64,000 nucleotides of DNA, from the NCBI RefSeq assembly GCF_964213995.1, contig NC_135811.1:77562001-77626000 (forward strand), given 5' to 3'. Shown here one piece after another: positions 51,865 to 64,000 of the stretch (the stretch's first letter is position 1; each line of letters begins with the position of its first letter). Below the pieces are notes generated by a model. That model was not told where the DNA came from. It searched no databases and worked only from the letters and a program-made list of their open reading frames with translations. The position numbers were made by a program, and so were the translations under genes. Origin of the DNA: Mustelus asterias. Taxonomy: Eukaryota.

Positions 51865-54609
51865 CCAGATGCCGGTCACTTGACCAGTCCAGTACTGCCT
51901 TTGAATGAGAGACATACCCACAACTCCTCCTGACTCCACCTACAATGTTAGCAACCTGGAAGCAAACCGACAAGGTGACTTTCTCGATTCCCACTTGCTG
52001 AATCCCCTGATTCCTACTGGTTGTGTAAAGCTGTCAGTGAGGCTGAGGCCCTTATATGGGAATTAAATCTGTGTCTCCCAGACCGTCTAACATCAGTAAA
52101 TGGGAACAGTTTTCCCTTGACAGCCTTTCGGAAACAGCCATAATCCTGAGATATTCTGCACTCAGACTGTATCCCAAACATATCATGTACATTGTTAACG
52201 CGAAGGATATTTCAATTGCATTGAGTCGCATCAGAGTGGGACATGCTGCATGGAGGCATGTTGAATTTCATCGCACTTTCTATGATTTTGAAGTTGAAAT
52301 GATTTGTAATGCTATTCCGCAAATGTTATCAAGAATTCATATTTTTGGGGTGAAATCTAGTGATCAGAAGAATGAAAGTGTAAGGGGCAGGGAGATACAG
52401 AATTTGAAGTAGTTCGCGGGCATCTGATCGTTAGAGCAAGCGGGCTTATTGGAGAGGAAGGAATGGTTAGAGAGACCGATATAATTTCAGGGGGTTCGAG
52501 ATAGAGAGATAGTAAGTGCGGTAACAGTGAAATTACTGAGTGAGTAAGATACAGAGTGAAATACAATGACAGGGAATTCTGCCATTGTCACAATGGGTGG
52601 AAATCAGTGATTGAAAATTCTTGCCGTTGCCAGTTCCGATCAGATTGATGATCGAACTTTCTATAAAACCTGTGTCGAAATAAAATGAACCGAGATTTTA
52701 CTCATCTCTAATCCCTTCGTAAGTTTCACCAGGTCCAAGGGCTTGGATTTCAGGAAGTGTCTCTGTTTTATGCAGTGTTGGGGAAAGGAGCCACCCTGAG
52801 AGGAGAAAAAATATAATTAATTATAAATCCCCAGAAATGTCCCCTGATTTGACATTTCACACGCTGCTCAGAATGCAGCTTTAACTCACCATTTGATTGA
52901 GTTTGCTGAGTGTGTGTGTTGAGAACTTGCTGTAACTGCAGCCTCTCACAGCCCAGACTGAGGGTCCCGCACAAGAAGAGCGACACCATCCAAAATCTCC
53001 AAATACTCGCCAATGTCATGACCGACCGAGTCAGAGTGAAACCCCCGAACTGAGGATAAGATACCGGCCGGATCCGGCTTCAACTCCGAACAATTATTTT
53101 CAAACGAATGAAAATCTAAATAGTTCCGCTTCTGAACCCCGAGTGAACCGCTGAGCCGTTCAGTTCTCTTTCCGTGTGTCTGTCTCTCTCTCTCTCTGTA
53201 TCCGTGTATATATGTGGACTGTGCTGGGAGGGACTGTCCCTGCCATGCTGTCTCAGCGGCTGGTGATTACATTGGAAAAGTGAAATCTGGTAGCGGGAGT
53301 TTTGGAAGTTCTTTAGGAGAGGAATATTTAATCTGCTCCCTGTCTGAGGTAAGGAATCGGAAAGCTGGAGTTTCCGGAACCAGGGACTGGAAGATCCCCG
53401 AGAGAAAACTCACAAACAGTGCTCGGTTCCAGCTCAAAGTTCCAACAATCGGAATCAAGATTATTAATATCCATTTTGTAAAAACAGATTATTGCCTTTA
53501 AATTGATCGGATTCACATTACGGGGACAAGAAAAATTGCGGTTGGTCAGATTGTTGGAGTTTGAGGCTGTTCTTCTTGAGTTCGCTGCCCGAAGGCGGGC
53601 CCAACCCATTTTCCCACAAGAGCTCCATAAGGTGATTATTACATTCAGAAATGACACTCAATGTGCCCGTGACACAGGTAATCTCTCCCTCCTCCTTGTC
53701 GCTCTGTCCGCAGCCTTTGACATGGGCGCGCAGACCCTCATCATTCAACTCTCTCCCCCACGGTGCAACTGATGGGGAGCACTCTCTGAGCCTCTCATTC
53801 TTACTGAAGTCATTGTCCCCTGAGAATATCCAGAATCGCATCCTTTCTCCCCCACACTCCACCACGCACCTCACCTTTCAGCCTCTGCTGTCCATGAGGA
53901 TCTCTCCCTGCTCCCTTTTCTAATTCTCATCTCCAAGCTGCCCCATGGGGACATCACTCACCATTTACCCATCACCCCTGTGCTGGTTGAATTATGTTGG
54001 CTCCTGCTTCAGGAATGCCTTGATTTTAAAAATCTCACCCTCATTTTCAAACTCCGCCAGTCCCTCAGCCCTCCCTATCTCTGTAATCACCTCCAGCCGC
54101 GAATCCCTACGAGATATCTGCTCTGCTCCAATTCATTCCCCACGCGCCCCCCCCCCCCCCCCACAATTCCCCATTTTAATTCACCCACCATGGGCGGTGT
54201 CTCTTCAGCTGCTCAACCCTCAACCTCTGTAATTTCTGCCCTAAATCTCTACGCCCCTCTTTTCCCCATTAAAACGCTCCTTAAAATCAACTTCATTCAT
54301 CAAGTTATTGCTCACCTGCCTCAGTATCTCCTCGTCTGACTGACTATCCAATGTTTCTGGATAACACGCCTGTGAATCACTTTGAACCATCAATCTCTCT
54401 CTATAATGATGAGTGCTTGTTACTGATGGGCTGTCTCTGATTTCTCCTCTCTCAGGCTCACATTCCCCTTTATCCTTCACTCAGTCCCCTTCTCCACAAT
54501 TTCTGCTTTCTATTTCTCTCTCAGATCAGAGTTGCTCCTTCAAACAGATTCAGATTCAATCTCTCCCGGTCCCTCTCTCCCCTCAATATCATTCCCAGTT
54601 TCAACTCAC

Positions 54610-54741
54610 CATTTGATTGAGTTTGCTGAGTGTGTGTTTGTTGAGAACTTGCTGTAACTGCAGCCTCTCGCAGCCCAGACTGAGGGTCCCGGTCAAGAAG
54701 AGCGACACCATCCAAAATCTCCAAATCCTCGCCAAAGCCAT
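54610..54741 (-). CDS. IFN1: Distal duplicate first exon, locus E (intact)
   Basis: ATG, 44 codons, GTGAGT donor. Confidence 0.7.
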
Positions 54742-55534
54742 GACCAACCGGGTCAGAGGGAAAGCCCGATGTGGAAGAGGAGAAACCGGCGGCTTTGGTG
54801 GTTCAGCGGCGAGAACGGTTCTTGCGAAGAGAATTCAAGTCGGGAAGTCGAATCGGAGCCGCTTGTGATCCGGGAGCGAGCGCCTGTGTTGCCGAATGGC
54901 GTGAGTGTGGATTCTGCTGCTCGCTGGCACTGGCACTGCCAGGCTGCCCGCTTTAATGTGCGCCCATTACATTGCAAAAGTGAAAATGGGCTGCAGGGGT
55001 TTTGGGAGAGCTGCGGGAGATCAATAGTTTGTGCGGTTTCTGTGTGAGGTCAGGAATGGGAAAGCTGGAGACTCCCGAAGCAGCGAGTGAGAAATCCCCG
55101 GGAGAAAATCACAAGCAGCGCTCGGTTGCAGCTCAGTGTTGTGTGGGCTTCACATCACCCGGGGGGGCACTAAGGTGCTGCAGAGGTGGGCTCTGTATTG
55201 GGGGGCAGTTTGGACATGGATTGGGGGCTGCATTTGACCACCCGGATGATGGAGACACCGAGAGCGGCGCCTTTTAGAGCGGGCATTCGGCCCCATTCCC
55301 TCTGATATCCCCGCTGTGTTCACATCGCGTTTGTCCTGTTAACCATTCCCAGCTTGAACATTGCAGAGAGACCGGCTCAGAGCCCAGGCTCGCCGCTTAA
55401 TGGAGACTGACTCCGCTCCCATTGAGCTGCCCCACAATCTGCTCTTTAACTGCAAGAAGTTGCTGATTTCTCGCTTCTTTTCTGCAGCCATTTCCAGACT
55501 CTGAGAGAATATTGAATCTGTTCCGATTCTGAGT

Positions 55535-55675
55535 GGGAAAGTGATCCCGCTCCCTTTCCTTTCGCCCCGTTTGTTCCTCCTCTCTGTCCCGGGAAAGTGT
55601 CCGCCTCACTTTCTCTCTGGAAATGAACCTTGTGTCAGTTTGTGCCGAAAGCGAAAGTGTCTCAGGGAAAGTGAG
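55535..55675. promoter_or_regulatory. IRF/ISRE cluster, locus E
   Basis: Same GAAAGTG x5 arrangement. Confidence 0.62.
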
Positions 55676-55886
55676 GCGTTTTGTCATTTCCGACAGTGGG
55701 GAGAGTTTGTGAAGAGAGCGGCTCATACTGAGAGGGCTGAGGGGAGGGGCTGCAAAAGCTTTTCTGATATCCGGGATTATCCCCCCGTTCCACTGGGAAT
55801 GGCACCGAATCCCTGTCAGATGGACTGGGATCCGAATCTTCATTCCGGGTGTCGGTGGGAGTGAGATTCCACAGCACCAACCGTAT

Positions 55887-56190
55887 CATAGAATCCTAGA
55901 GTGCAGAAGGAGGCTATTCGGCCCAAAGCGTCTTCTCGCCGACCACAATCCCACTCTATTCCGTAACCCCACATATTTACCCTGCTACTCGCCTTGACAC
56001 TAGGGTTAATTCAGCACGGCCAATCCATCGAACCTGCATATCTTTGGACTGTGAGGGGGAACCGGAGCACCCGGAGGAAACCCACGCAGACGCAGAGAGA
56101 ATGTGCAAACTCCACACAGTGAGCCGAGGCTGGAATTGAACCCGTGTCCCTGGCGCTGTGAGGCAGCAGTGCTAACCACTGTGCCACCCC
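55887..56190 (-). mobile_element. HE1-like SINE (unit-shared, without the nested CR1 tail)
   Basis: Same position as in other units; shows the empty site of the nested insertion. Confidence 0.82.
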
Positions 56191-58723
56191 CTTCTGTAGA
56201 CCGGAGACACATTGCAATTTACAATAATGCTGAGAAGAATAAACTAATGGTAAATAAAACTGTCGGAATTGTAAATATTTGGGATGACAGGCAGAAGGAG
56301 GGTCAGGAATCTCTGGGAAGAATTTTACAAACAACATTAGCCAGGAACATGCCCGGAAAGAACAAGACCTCTGGCAGCATGTCCACCTTCACCCGGTCGA
56401 AATCTCCGCTCCATTCACAGATACCTGGGTCCAATTTAATTTCTTGAATGCTTTCATGAGATATGAGCGACTCTGCAGGGCAATATTTGTTGCTCATTCC
56501 TAATTGCCCCGCAGACGGTGATGGTGAGCCGTTTGTTTTTTACTTGCTGCTGTCCTTGTGAAGGAAATAAACCTATAGGAGTGTTGGGAAGAGATTTCCA
56601 GGATGTTTATCCAGAAAGAGTGAAGGAATGGTGATGTGGTCCCAAATCGGCAAGCTGGGTGGCTTGAAGGTGAACTTGCAGGTTGTGTTCTTAACATGCG
56701 TTTGTTACCCTTGATCTTCTGGGGGTGGAGGTGGTGAGTTTGGAAGGTGCTGTTGAAGGAGCCTGAGTGGGTTGCTGCAGTGAATCTTGTAGATGGGACA
56801 CAGTGCTGCCACTGTGCGCCGGTGGTGTGGAAGTCAATGTTTAAGTTCGTGAAAGGGGTCCAGACGTCCGGGTATAGATATTATTCAATGAGTGGAGATT
56901 TCATGCTATGTAGAAATTACAGACAATTGTCCAGCGGTTTCTTTATCCACACTTTTCACCCTTTCCGCCTCCATCACCCTTTCCGAAATTGAGAGGTTTT
57001 TGCAAAACTTTCTGCTCCAATTTAATTGCCAATTAACAAATGTGACCTGTAGCAGCACAAGGGAACGGTATATTCAAATTAATTTTTTAAAAATACGTTC
57101 AACCATTAATTTATGCATTTCTGCGTGTATTTGGGTGCAGATTAACTCGTTCACGATATCTGTTAACCCAAACCATAGATATTTTAATGAACTTATCAGT
57201 TTACCCTCTGTTAGAATCCTGCTTTAAAATGCCAGAAAATGACCTTTAAAAAGGCAGGTCCATTTTCTGGTGAATCTGGGGTGCAATATTTATTTTCTTT
57301 TCAATTTCAAAAGTGACATTGCCAATCACTTCATCACAGGTCTATTGCTGTCCTCACACCAAAATGACTCAATTTCGTTTCTGGAGCCTTATTGAAGGCC
57401 TGTAAACAATTTCAGTGGAGAATAATTTACCCGGGGTTAGCCAGTTTCGTGTGGGCCCTGTTTTCAGTGTAATTGTTTCACAAAAGGCTTACATCCATGT
57501 GACACCCTCAGTGGTCACAGAATATCTCAAGCATTTCACAGCTGATGGAGTGCCTTTGAGGTACATTGACTGTTGTAATATAGGAAACGCATGAGCCAAT
57601 TTGTGCTTCATACTCCCACAAACAGCACTCTGATAACAGACAGAGAACCTGGTTTCATGATATTGATTGTGGGTAATTATCAGGTTGGCAATCTGGAATT
57701 AATGGATTGCTCCTCCTTCTTGTGTTCTTTTGTAATGCAATCATTATTTAACATGCAGATTTCCAGAAGGTGTAAACCATGATACCACATGAGAGATTTT
57801 TATCCTGACATTCCACATATTCTCTTTCCTACCCAGAGACTGATGTCTCCTCAGCCCATTGACTGATTTCCCAATCTGTACTCTGCCGCTTTTTAAAAGT
57901 TTGTTCACATGGGTTGCATGTCATGGGAATGGTCGGTGTTTGTTGCCCATCCCTAATTGCCCTGAATGGAGATAGCATGCTAGTCCACTTTAGAGGGCAG
58001 TTAAAAGTTAACCACAATGTTGTGGTTCTGTAGCCACGTGCAGGCCAGAACAGGGAGGGAGGGCAGATTTCCTTTCCTTACAGACATGAGTGAATCAGAT
58101 GAGTTTTTCGGACAAATTCATAGAAATGAAAAGGAAACATAATTTCAGCAAATGTGTATTATTAAAAACAATTTATTGCAAATATTAAATACATCAAAAC
58201 ATGGTCTCATTCAGGATAAAAATTGCCAGCGTGGAAAAACATTGTCTATTCCATAACTCTAAATAAATATCAATAACTTAACATTTTTAAACTCATTCTA
58301 TACATTGTGGAAACGGTCACATTTTGTTTCACAAAGACATCACAACAATAAATATCAATAAATTAGGGTAGCTGAAATTGGTTGAAATGTTGTCCATTTA
58401 GGAGGGCAGAAATGGAAAGGTCAGCGTGGCTCTGGGTTTATTGTTCTGCAAACCTACTTCCTGAAAGCCTGACAGTACATTCCAAATCAGACTCTTCACA
58501 CAATGAAAACGTAACATTGCATCAGAGGAAAATAACACAGCCGTAAATATCAATAAATAAAAAATAAATAATAATAAATAACCCAACAAGTCACCCATTG
58601 TTCTCCCATCATTAAAGTAAAGTATAAAATTCATTACAAATATCCATAAATAAATATAGTTTTACATGAAAATTCTTTAAAATAAATATTCATTGTTCCC
58701 AGTCTGTAATAGAAAAGTCTTTT

Positions 58724-61492
58724 TCAGTTTCTTCTCCTGGTTTGTGCCATTACGGAAGTCATCTGTTGTAATCGGGCCCTGGTCTCAGTGCGGATTATTT
58801 CCCAGGCACATTCACTGAATTTCTGAAAAAGAAAATTATTCAGGAAAATGGATTACAGAATGAATAGATTCCAAAGGGGTGAACTAATGTACATGCCAAT
58901 AACCACACAGTCAATCATCAACAGTCCTACCTCCTGATTGAGAAACTTTTCCAGTTTCCTGAAGTAATTGTGAATGGTGAAGTTTCTCCTCATCTTGTCT
59001 CTGACTCCTGTTTCCTGACACATTCTTCCAGCTCACTGAGCTGCCGATCCAGGATCAGCCGGAAATGTTCCACCTTGTCTCGGGCCCATGTGACTGAGCC
59101 CAGATTCATGCTGTAGATCTTGTTGATGTGTCACAGAGTTTGATGGACAATCTGGATCCTGTCCTGTGTCTATACAAAATATATACAATGCCATTAGAGA
59201 GATTCCATTCCGCATAAGGCACAGTATGATATAGGCCATAAACAAATAAGGCTAAAAATGTTCAAATGGAAAATGTTCACCTTCAGCGACTTAAAACGGG
59301 ATCAGGTCTATGTGTACTGGAATCAAACATTGCTACTTCTTCCTTCATGGGATGTGGGCATCACTGGCAAAGCCAGAACTTGTTGCTCATCCCTAATTGT
59401 ATTTGACATGAATATTTCAGGTGACATTTAAGAGTCAACCACATGACTGTGGGTTTGCAGTCACTTGTAGGCCAGACCGAGTAAGGACAGCAGGTTTTCT
59501 TTCCTTAAAGGTCATTAATGAACCACATGGATCTTTACAACAATCTATGACACTCCCATTGCTGGGATTAGCTGTATTTCCAGATTTATGAATTGAGCAT
59601 GAATTCGACTGGCTGCCCTGGTGGAAATTGAACTAAAGTTCCCAGAGCATAACACTAGGCCTCGGGATTATTAGTCCAGTGGCATGAGCACTGTGCCACT
59701 GTTACCTCCTAAATATTATTGGGTCAATAATTATTGCAAATAAGCAATGGGAGCTTTGAAAAGTGGAGATGTTTTGGATACAAACTGGGCTCCTTATGAT
59801 GAAGCAGAGAGGCCAGAGGCCATCTGATTTACAATAAAAATTAGACTCTTTGTTCAGTATAGAACATATACGCCAAAATTATCAAAAGAAATGAGGGGTA
59901 AATACGGTGCATGAGAATTAATGAGAGGTATCGTAACGAGGAATCTAAAAATGGGTCATAAGTATCTAAAGAATGTGGAGGTGGCGGTGTTGGATTCGGG
60001 GGAAGAAGATCAGGGTCCAAGACGTTTATTTGAAATCAGTAATTTGGATTTGGCTTCAGTTCAGAAGGAGATGCTTCAAATGTTACCGCAAAGGGAGAAG
60101 TAGTAAAGAAATTGGATGGGGTAAAAATCGATTACAAAAGGGGCATCACTGTTGCCGTGCAAATGGGAATGTTGCTGCTTGTCCTCAATGCACCTGTCAA
60201 AAGTCCAGGATCACAGAGGGATGACATTTCTAAGGTGAGTAAGACCAAGATGGAAGTCCTGGAGAGGTGAGGATTGTAGGAGATCTGGGAACATGGTCAG
60301 AAGCATAAGGTTGTTGTTCTTCCATCACATCCTGCACTGCACCAGATGCTGGGTCACTTGACCAGTCCAGTACTGTCTTTGAATGAGAGACATACCCACA
60401 ACTCCTCCTGACCCCACCTACAATACTAGCAACCTGGAAGCAAACCGACAAGATGACTTTCTGGATTCCCACTTGCTGAATCCCCTGATTCCTACTGGTT
60501 GTGTAAAGTTGTCAGTGGGGATGAGGCCCTTATATGGACATTAAATTTGTGTCTCCCAGACCGTCTAACATCAGTTAATGGGAACAGTTTTCCGTTGACT
60601 GCCTTTCGGAAACAGCCATTATCCTGAAATTTTATGCACTCAGGCTGTATCCCAAACATGTAATGTACATTGTTAACGCTAGGGATGTTTCAATTCCATT
60701 GACTCACATAAGAGTGGGACATGCTGCATGGAGGCATGTTGAATTGAAGGCATTGCACCTTCTATAATTTTGAAGTTGAAATGTTTTGTAATGCTCTTCC
60801 GCGAATGATATGAATAATTTACATTTTTGGGGTGAAAGTTAGTGATCAGAAGAATGAAACTGTAAGGGACAGAAAATAAAATAATTCGCGGGCATCTGAT
60901 CATTCCAGCAAGCGGGCTTATTGGAGAGGAAGGAATGGTTAGAGATACGGATATAATTTCAAGGGGTTCGAGATGGAGAGTTAGTAAGTGCGGTAACAGT
61001 GAAATTAGTTAATGAGTTAGATACAGAGTGAAATACAATGACAGGGAATTCTGCCATTGTCACAATGGGTGGAAATCACACGATTGAAAATTCTTGCAGT
61101 TGCCAGTTCCGATCAGATTGTTGATCTAACTTTCTATAAAACCTGTCTAAATAAAATGAACCGAGATTTTACTCACCTCTAATCCCTTCGAAAGTTTCAC
61201 CAGATTTAAGGGCTTGGATTTCAGGAAGTGTCTCTGTTTTATACAGTGTTGGGGAAAGGAGCCACCCTGAGAGGAGAAAAAATATAATTAATTATAAATC
61301 CCCAGAAATGTCTCACGATTTTACATTTCACACGCTGCTCAGAATACAGCTTTAACTCACCATTTGATTGAGTTTGCTGAGTGTGTGTGTGTTGAGAACT
61401 TGCTGTAACTGCAGCCTCTCACAGCCCAGACTGAGGGTCCCGGACAAGAAGAGCGACACCATCCAAAATCTCCAAATACTCGCCAATGCCAT
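58724..61492 (-). pseudogene. IFN1: Type I interferon, locus F, pseudogene
   Basis: Exons 61492-61361, 61266-61177, 59169-58931, 58822-58724; exon 3 has CGA>TGA at 59131-59133 and a 1-bp deletion near 58998. Confidence 0.9.
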
Positions 61493-62885
61493 GACCGACC
61501 GAGTCAGAGTGAAACCCCGAACTGAGGATAAGACACCGACCGGATCCGGGTTCAACTCCGAACAACAATTATTTTCAAACGAATGAAAATCTAAATAGTT
61601 CCGCTTCTAAACCCTGAGTGAACGGCTGAACTGTTCAGTTCTCTTTCTGCGTGTCTGTCTGTCTCTCTCTCTGTGTATCCGTGTATATATGTGGACTGTG
61701 CTGGGAGGAACTGTCCCTGCTATGCTGTCTCAGGGGCTGGCGATTACATTTAAAAAGTGAAATCTGGTAGCGGGAGTTTTGGAAGTTCTTCAGGAGACGA
61801 ATAGTTAGTCTGCTCCCTGTCTGAGGTAAGGAATCTGAAAGCTGGAGATTCCGGAACCAGGGACTGGAAGGTCCTCGATAGAAAAATCACAAACAGCGCT
61901 CGGTTCCAGATCAAAGTTCCAACAATCTGGATCAATATTATTAATATCCATTTTGTAAAAGCAGATTATTGCCTTCAAATTGGATTCACATTAAGGGGAC
62001 AATAAAGTTGCGGTTGGTCAGATTGTTGGATGTTGAGGCTGTTCTTGAGTTCTCTGCCCGAATGCGGGCCCAACCCATTTTCCCACAAGAGCTCCATAAG
62101 ATGATTATTACATTCAGAAATGACACTCAATGTGCCCGTGACACAGGTAAACTCTCCCTCCTCCTTGTCGCTCTGCCCGCAGCCTTTGACATGGGCGAGC
62201 AGACCCTCTTCATTCAACTCTCTCCCCCACGGTGCAGCTGATTGGGAGCCCTCTCTCTGTTTCTCATTCTTACTGAAGTCATTGTACCCTGAGAATATTC
62301 AGAATCGCATCTCCCCGCCCCCCCCCCCCCACCCCCACACTCCACCACGCACCCCATCTATCAGCCTCTGCTGTCTGTGAGGATCTCTCCCTGCTCCCTT
62401 TTCTAATTCTCATCTCCCAGCTGCCCCATGGGGACATCACTCACCATTTACCCATCACCCCTGTGATCGTTGAATTATGTTGGCTCCTGAGCCAGTTTCG
62501 TGTGGGCCCAGTTTTCAGTGTAATTGTTTCGCAAAAAGGCTTACATCCATGTGACACCCTCAGTGGTCACAGAATATCTCAAGCATTTCACAGCTGATGG
62601 AGTGCCTTTGAGGTTCATTGTCTGTTGTAATATAGGAAACACATGAGCCAATTTGTGCTTCATACTCCCACAAACAGCACTCTGATAACGAACAGAGAAC
62701 CTGGTTTCATGATATTGATTGTGGGTAATTATCAGGTTGGCAATCCGGAATTAGTGGATTGCTCCTCCTTCTTGTGTTCTTTTGTAATGCAATCATTATT
62801 TAACATGCAGATTTCCAGAAGGTGTAAACCATGATACCACATGATAAATTTTCATCCTCACGTTCCATGTATTCTTTTTCCTTTT

Positions 62886-63440
62886 CGCAGACGCTGCGAC
62901 AACGGATGAATGAACACCGCTCGACAACCACCAGGCAAGACTGTTCTCTTCCTGTTGGGGAGCACTTCAGCGGTCACGGGCATTCGGCCTCTGATATTCG
63001 GGTAAGCGTTTTCCAAGGCGGCCTTCACGACACACGACAGCTCAGAGTCGCTGAGCAGAAACTGATAGCCAAGTTCCGCACACACGAGGACGGCCTCAGC
63101 CGGGATATTGGGTTCATGTTACACTATTTGTAACTCCCACAGGTTGCCTGGACCTGCAAAGTTTCACTGGCTGTCTTGTCTGGAGACAATACACATCTTT
63201 TGAGCCCTTCTTGATGCTCTCTCCACTCACGTTCTTTGTATCTTAAAGACTTGATTAGTTGTAAGTATTCACATTCCAACCACTATTCATGTAAATTGAG
63301 TCTGTGTCTTTATATGCCCTGTTTGTGAACATAATTCCCACTCACCTGAAGAAGGGGCTTGGAGCTCCGAAAGCTTGTGTGGCTTTTGCTACCAAATAAA
63401 CCTGTTGGACTTTAACCTGGCATTGTTAAACTTCTTACTG
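62886..63440 (+). mobile_element. Penelope-like element 3' fragment
   Basis: QTLRQRMNEHRS..VGEHFSGHGHS..AEQKLIAKFRTHEDGLSRD (GIY-YIG C-part); terminus ..GTTAAACTTCTTACTG. Confidence 0.9.
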
Positions 63441-63769
63441 TCTTTTTCATACCCATAGTCTGATGTCTCCTCAGCCCATTGACTGATTTCCCAATCTGTA
63501 CTCTGCCGCTTTTTAAAAGTTTGTTCACATGGATTGCATGTCACGGGAATGGTCTGTGTTTGTTGCCCATCCCTAATTGCCCTGAATGGAGATAGCATGC
63601 TTGGCCATTTTAGAGGGCAGCTCAAAAGTAACCACAATGTTGTGGTTCTGCAGCCACGTGCAGGCCAGAACAGGAATGGAGGGTAGATTTCCTTTCCTTA
63701 CAGACATGAGTGAATCAGATGGGTTTTTCGGGCAAATTCATAGAAATGAGAAAGAAACATAATTTCAAC

Positions 63770-64000
63770 AAATGTGTATTATTAAAAACAATTTATTGTA
63801 AATATTAAATACATAAAAACTTGGTCTCATTCAGTACAAAAATTGCTAGCGTAGAAAAACATTGTCTATTCCTTAACTCTAAATAAATATCAATAACTTA
63901 ACATTTTAAGGTCATTTTATACATTGTGGAAACTGTCACATTTTGTTACACAAAGACATCACAACAATAAATATCAATAAATTAGGGCAGCTGAAATTGG
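63770..64000 (-). other. 3' UTR end of the next IFN copy (gene lies right of the window)
   Basis: Matches the 3' UTR/poly(A) region of loci A-F. Confidence 0.8.

Larger units (their letters stand above)
49562..53019 (-). pseudogene. IFN1: Type I interferon, locus E, probable pseudogene
   Basis: Exon 1 53019-52890 has a 2-bp (TG)n contraction; intron 2 donor GT>AT (52705) and acceptor AG>AA (50009); exons 52795-52706, 50008-49769, 49660-49562 otherwise open. Confidence 0.85.
1..64000 (-). repeat. Tandem array of type I interferon gene units (~8-10.5 kb period)
   Basis: The same module recurs throughout. IFN stop codons at 12714, 23281, 32394, 41506, 49562, 58724 (spacings 10567, 9113, 9112, 8056, 9162). 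Units differ by substitutions, deletions and private TE insertions. Confidence 0.97.

Noticed and set aside
1-64000. Array as an assembly artefact
   Set aside because: Units carry many private substitutions, deletions and TE insertions with their own target duplications; exact copy number still needs read support

Overview
Eukaryotic DNA, most likely from a cartilaginous fish (HE1-like SINEs, CR1/L2 LINEs, Penelope elements). The whole window is a tandem array of ~8-10.5 kb units. Each unit carries a minus-strand, 4-exon/3-intron type I interferon gene (186 aa, signal peptide, four Cys, CAWEIIR motif). Six complete loci (here A-F) lie inside the window, plus the upstream region of one copy at the left edge and the 3' UTR of another at the right edge. 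A and D are intact, B has lost mature Cys1 in its proximal first exon, C has a frameshifted proximal first exon, and E and F are disabled. The main unexplained structure: each unit has two near-identical signal-peptide first exons ~1.7 kb apart, each behind a different IRF/NF-kB-type promoter. The distal copy is intact wherever present, while the proximal copy is damaged in 3 of 6 loci. A 6.9 kb defective endogenous retrovirus (4282-11214) sits in the array. It has a tRNA-Ser PBS, a gag split by a palindromic Penelope fragment, pro/RT/RNaseH replaced by non-coding filler, an Env TM that resembles filovirus GP2, and mismatched flanks suggesting recombination between two proviruses. All coordinates and alignments were read by eye, with no database searches.
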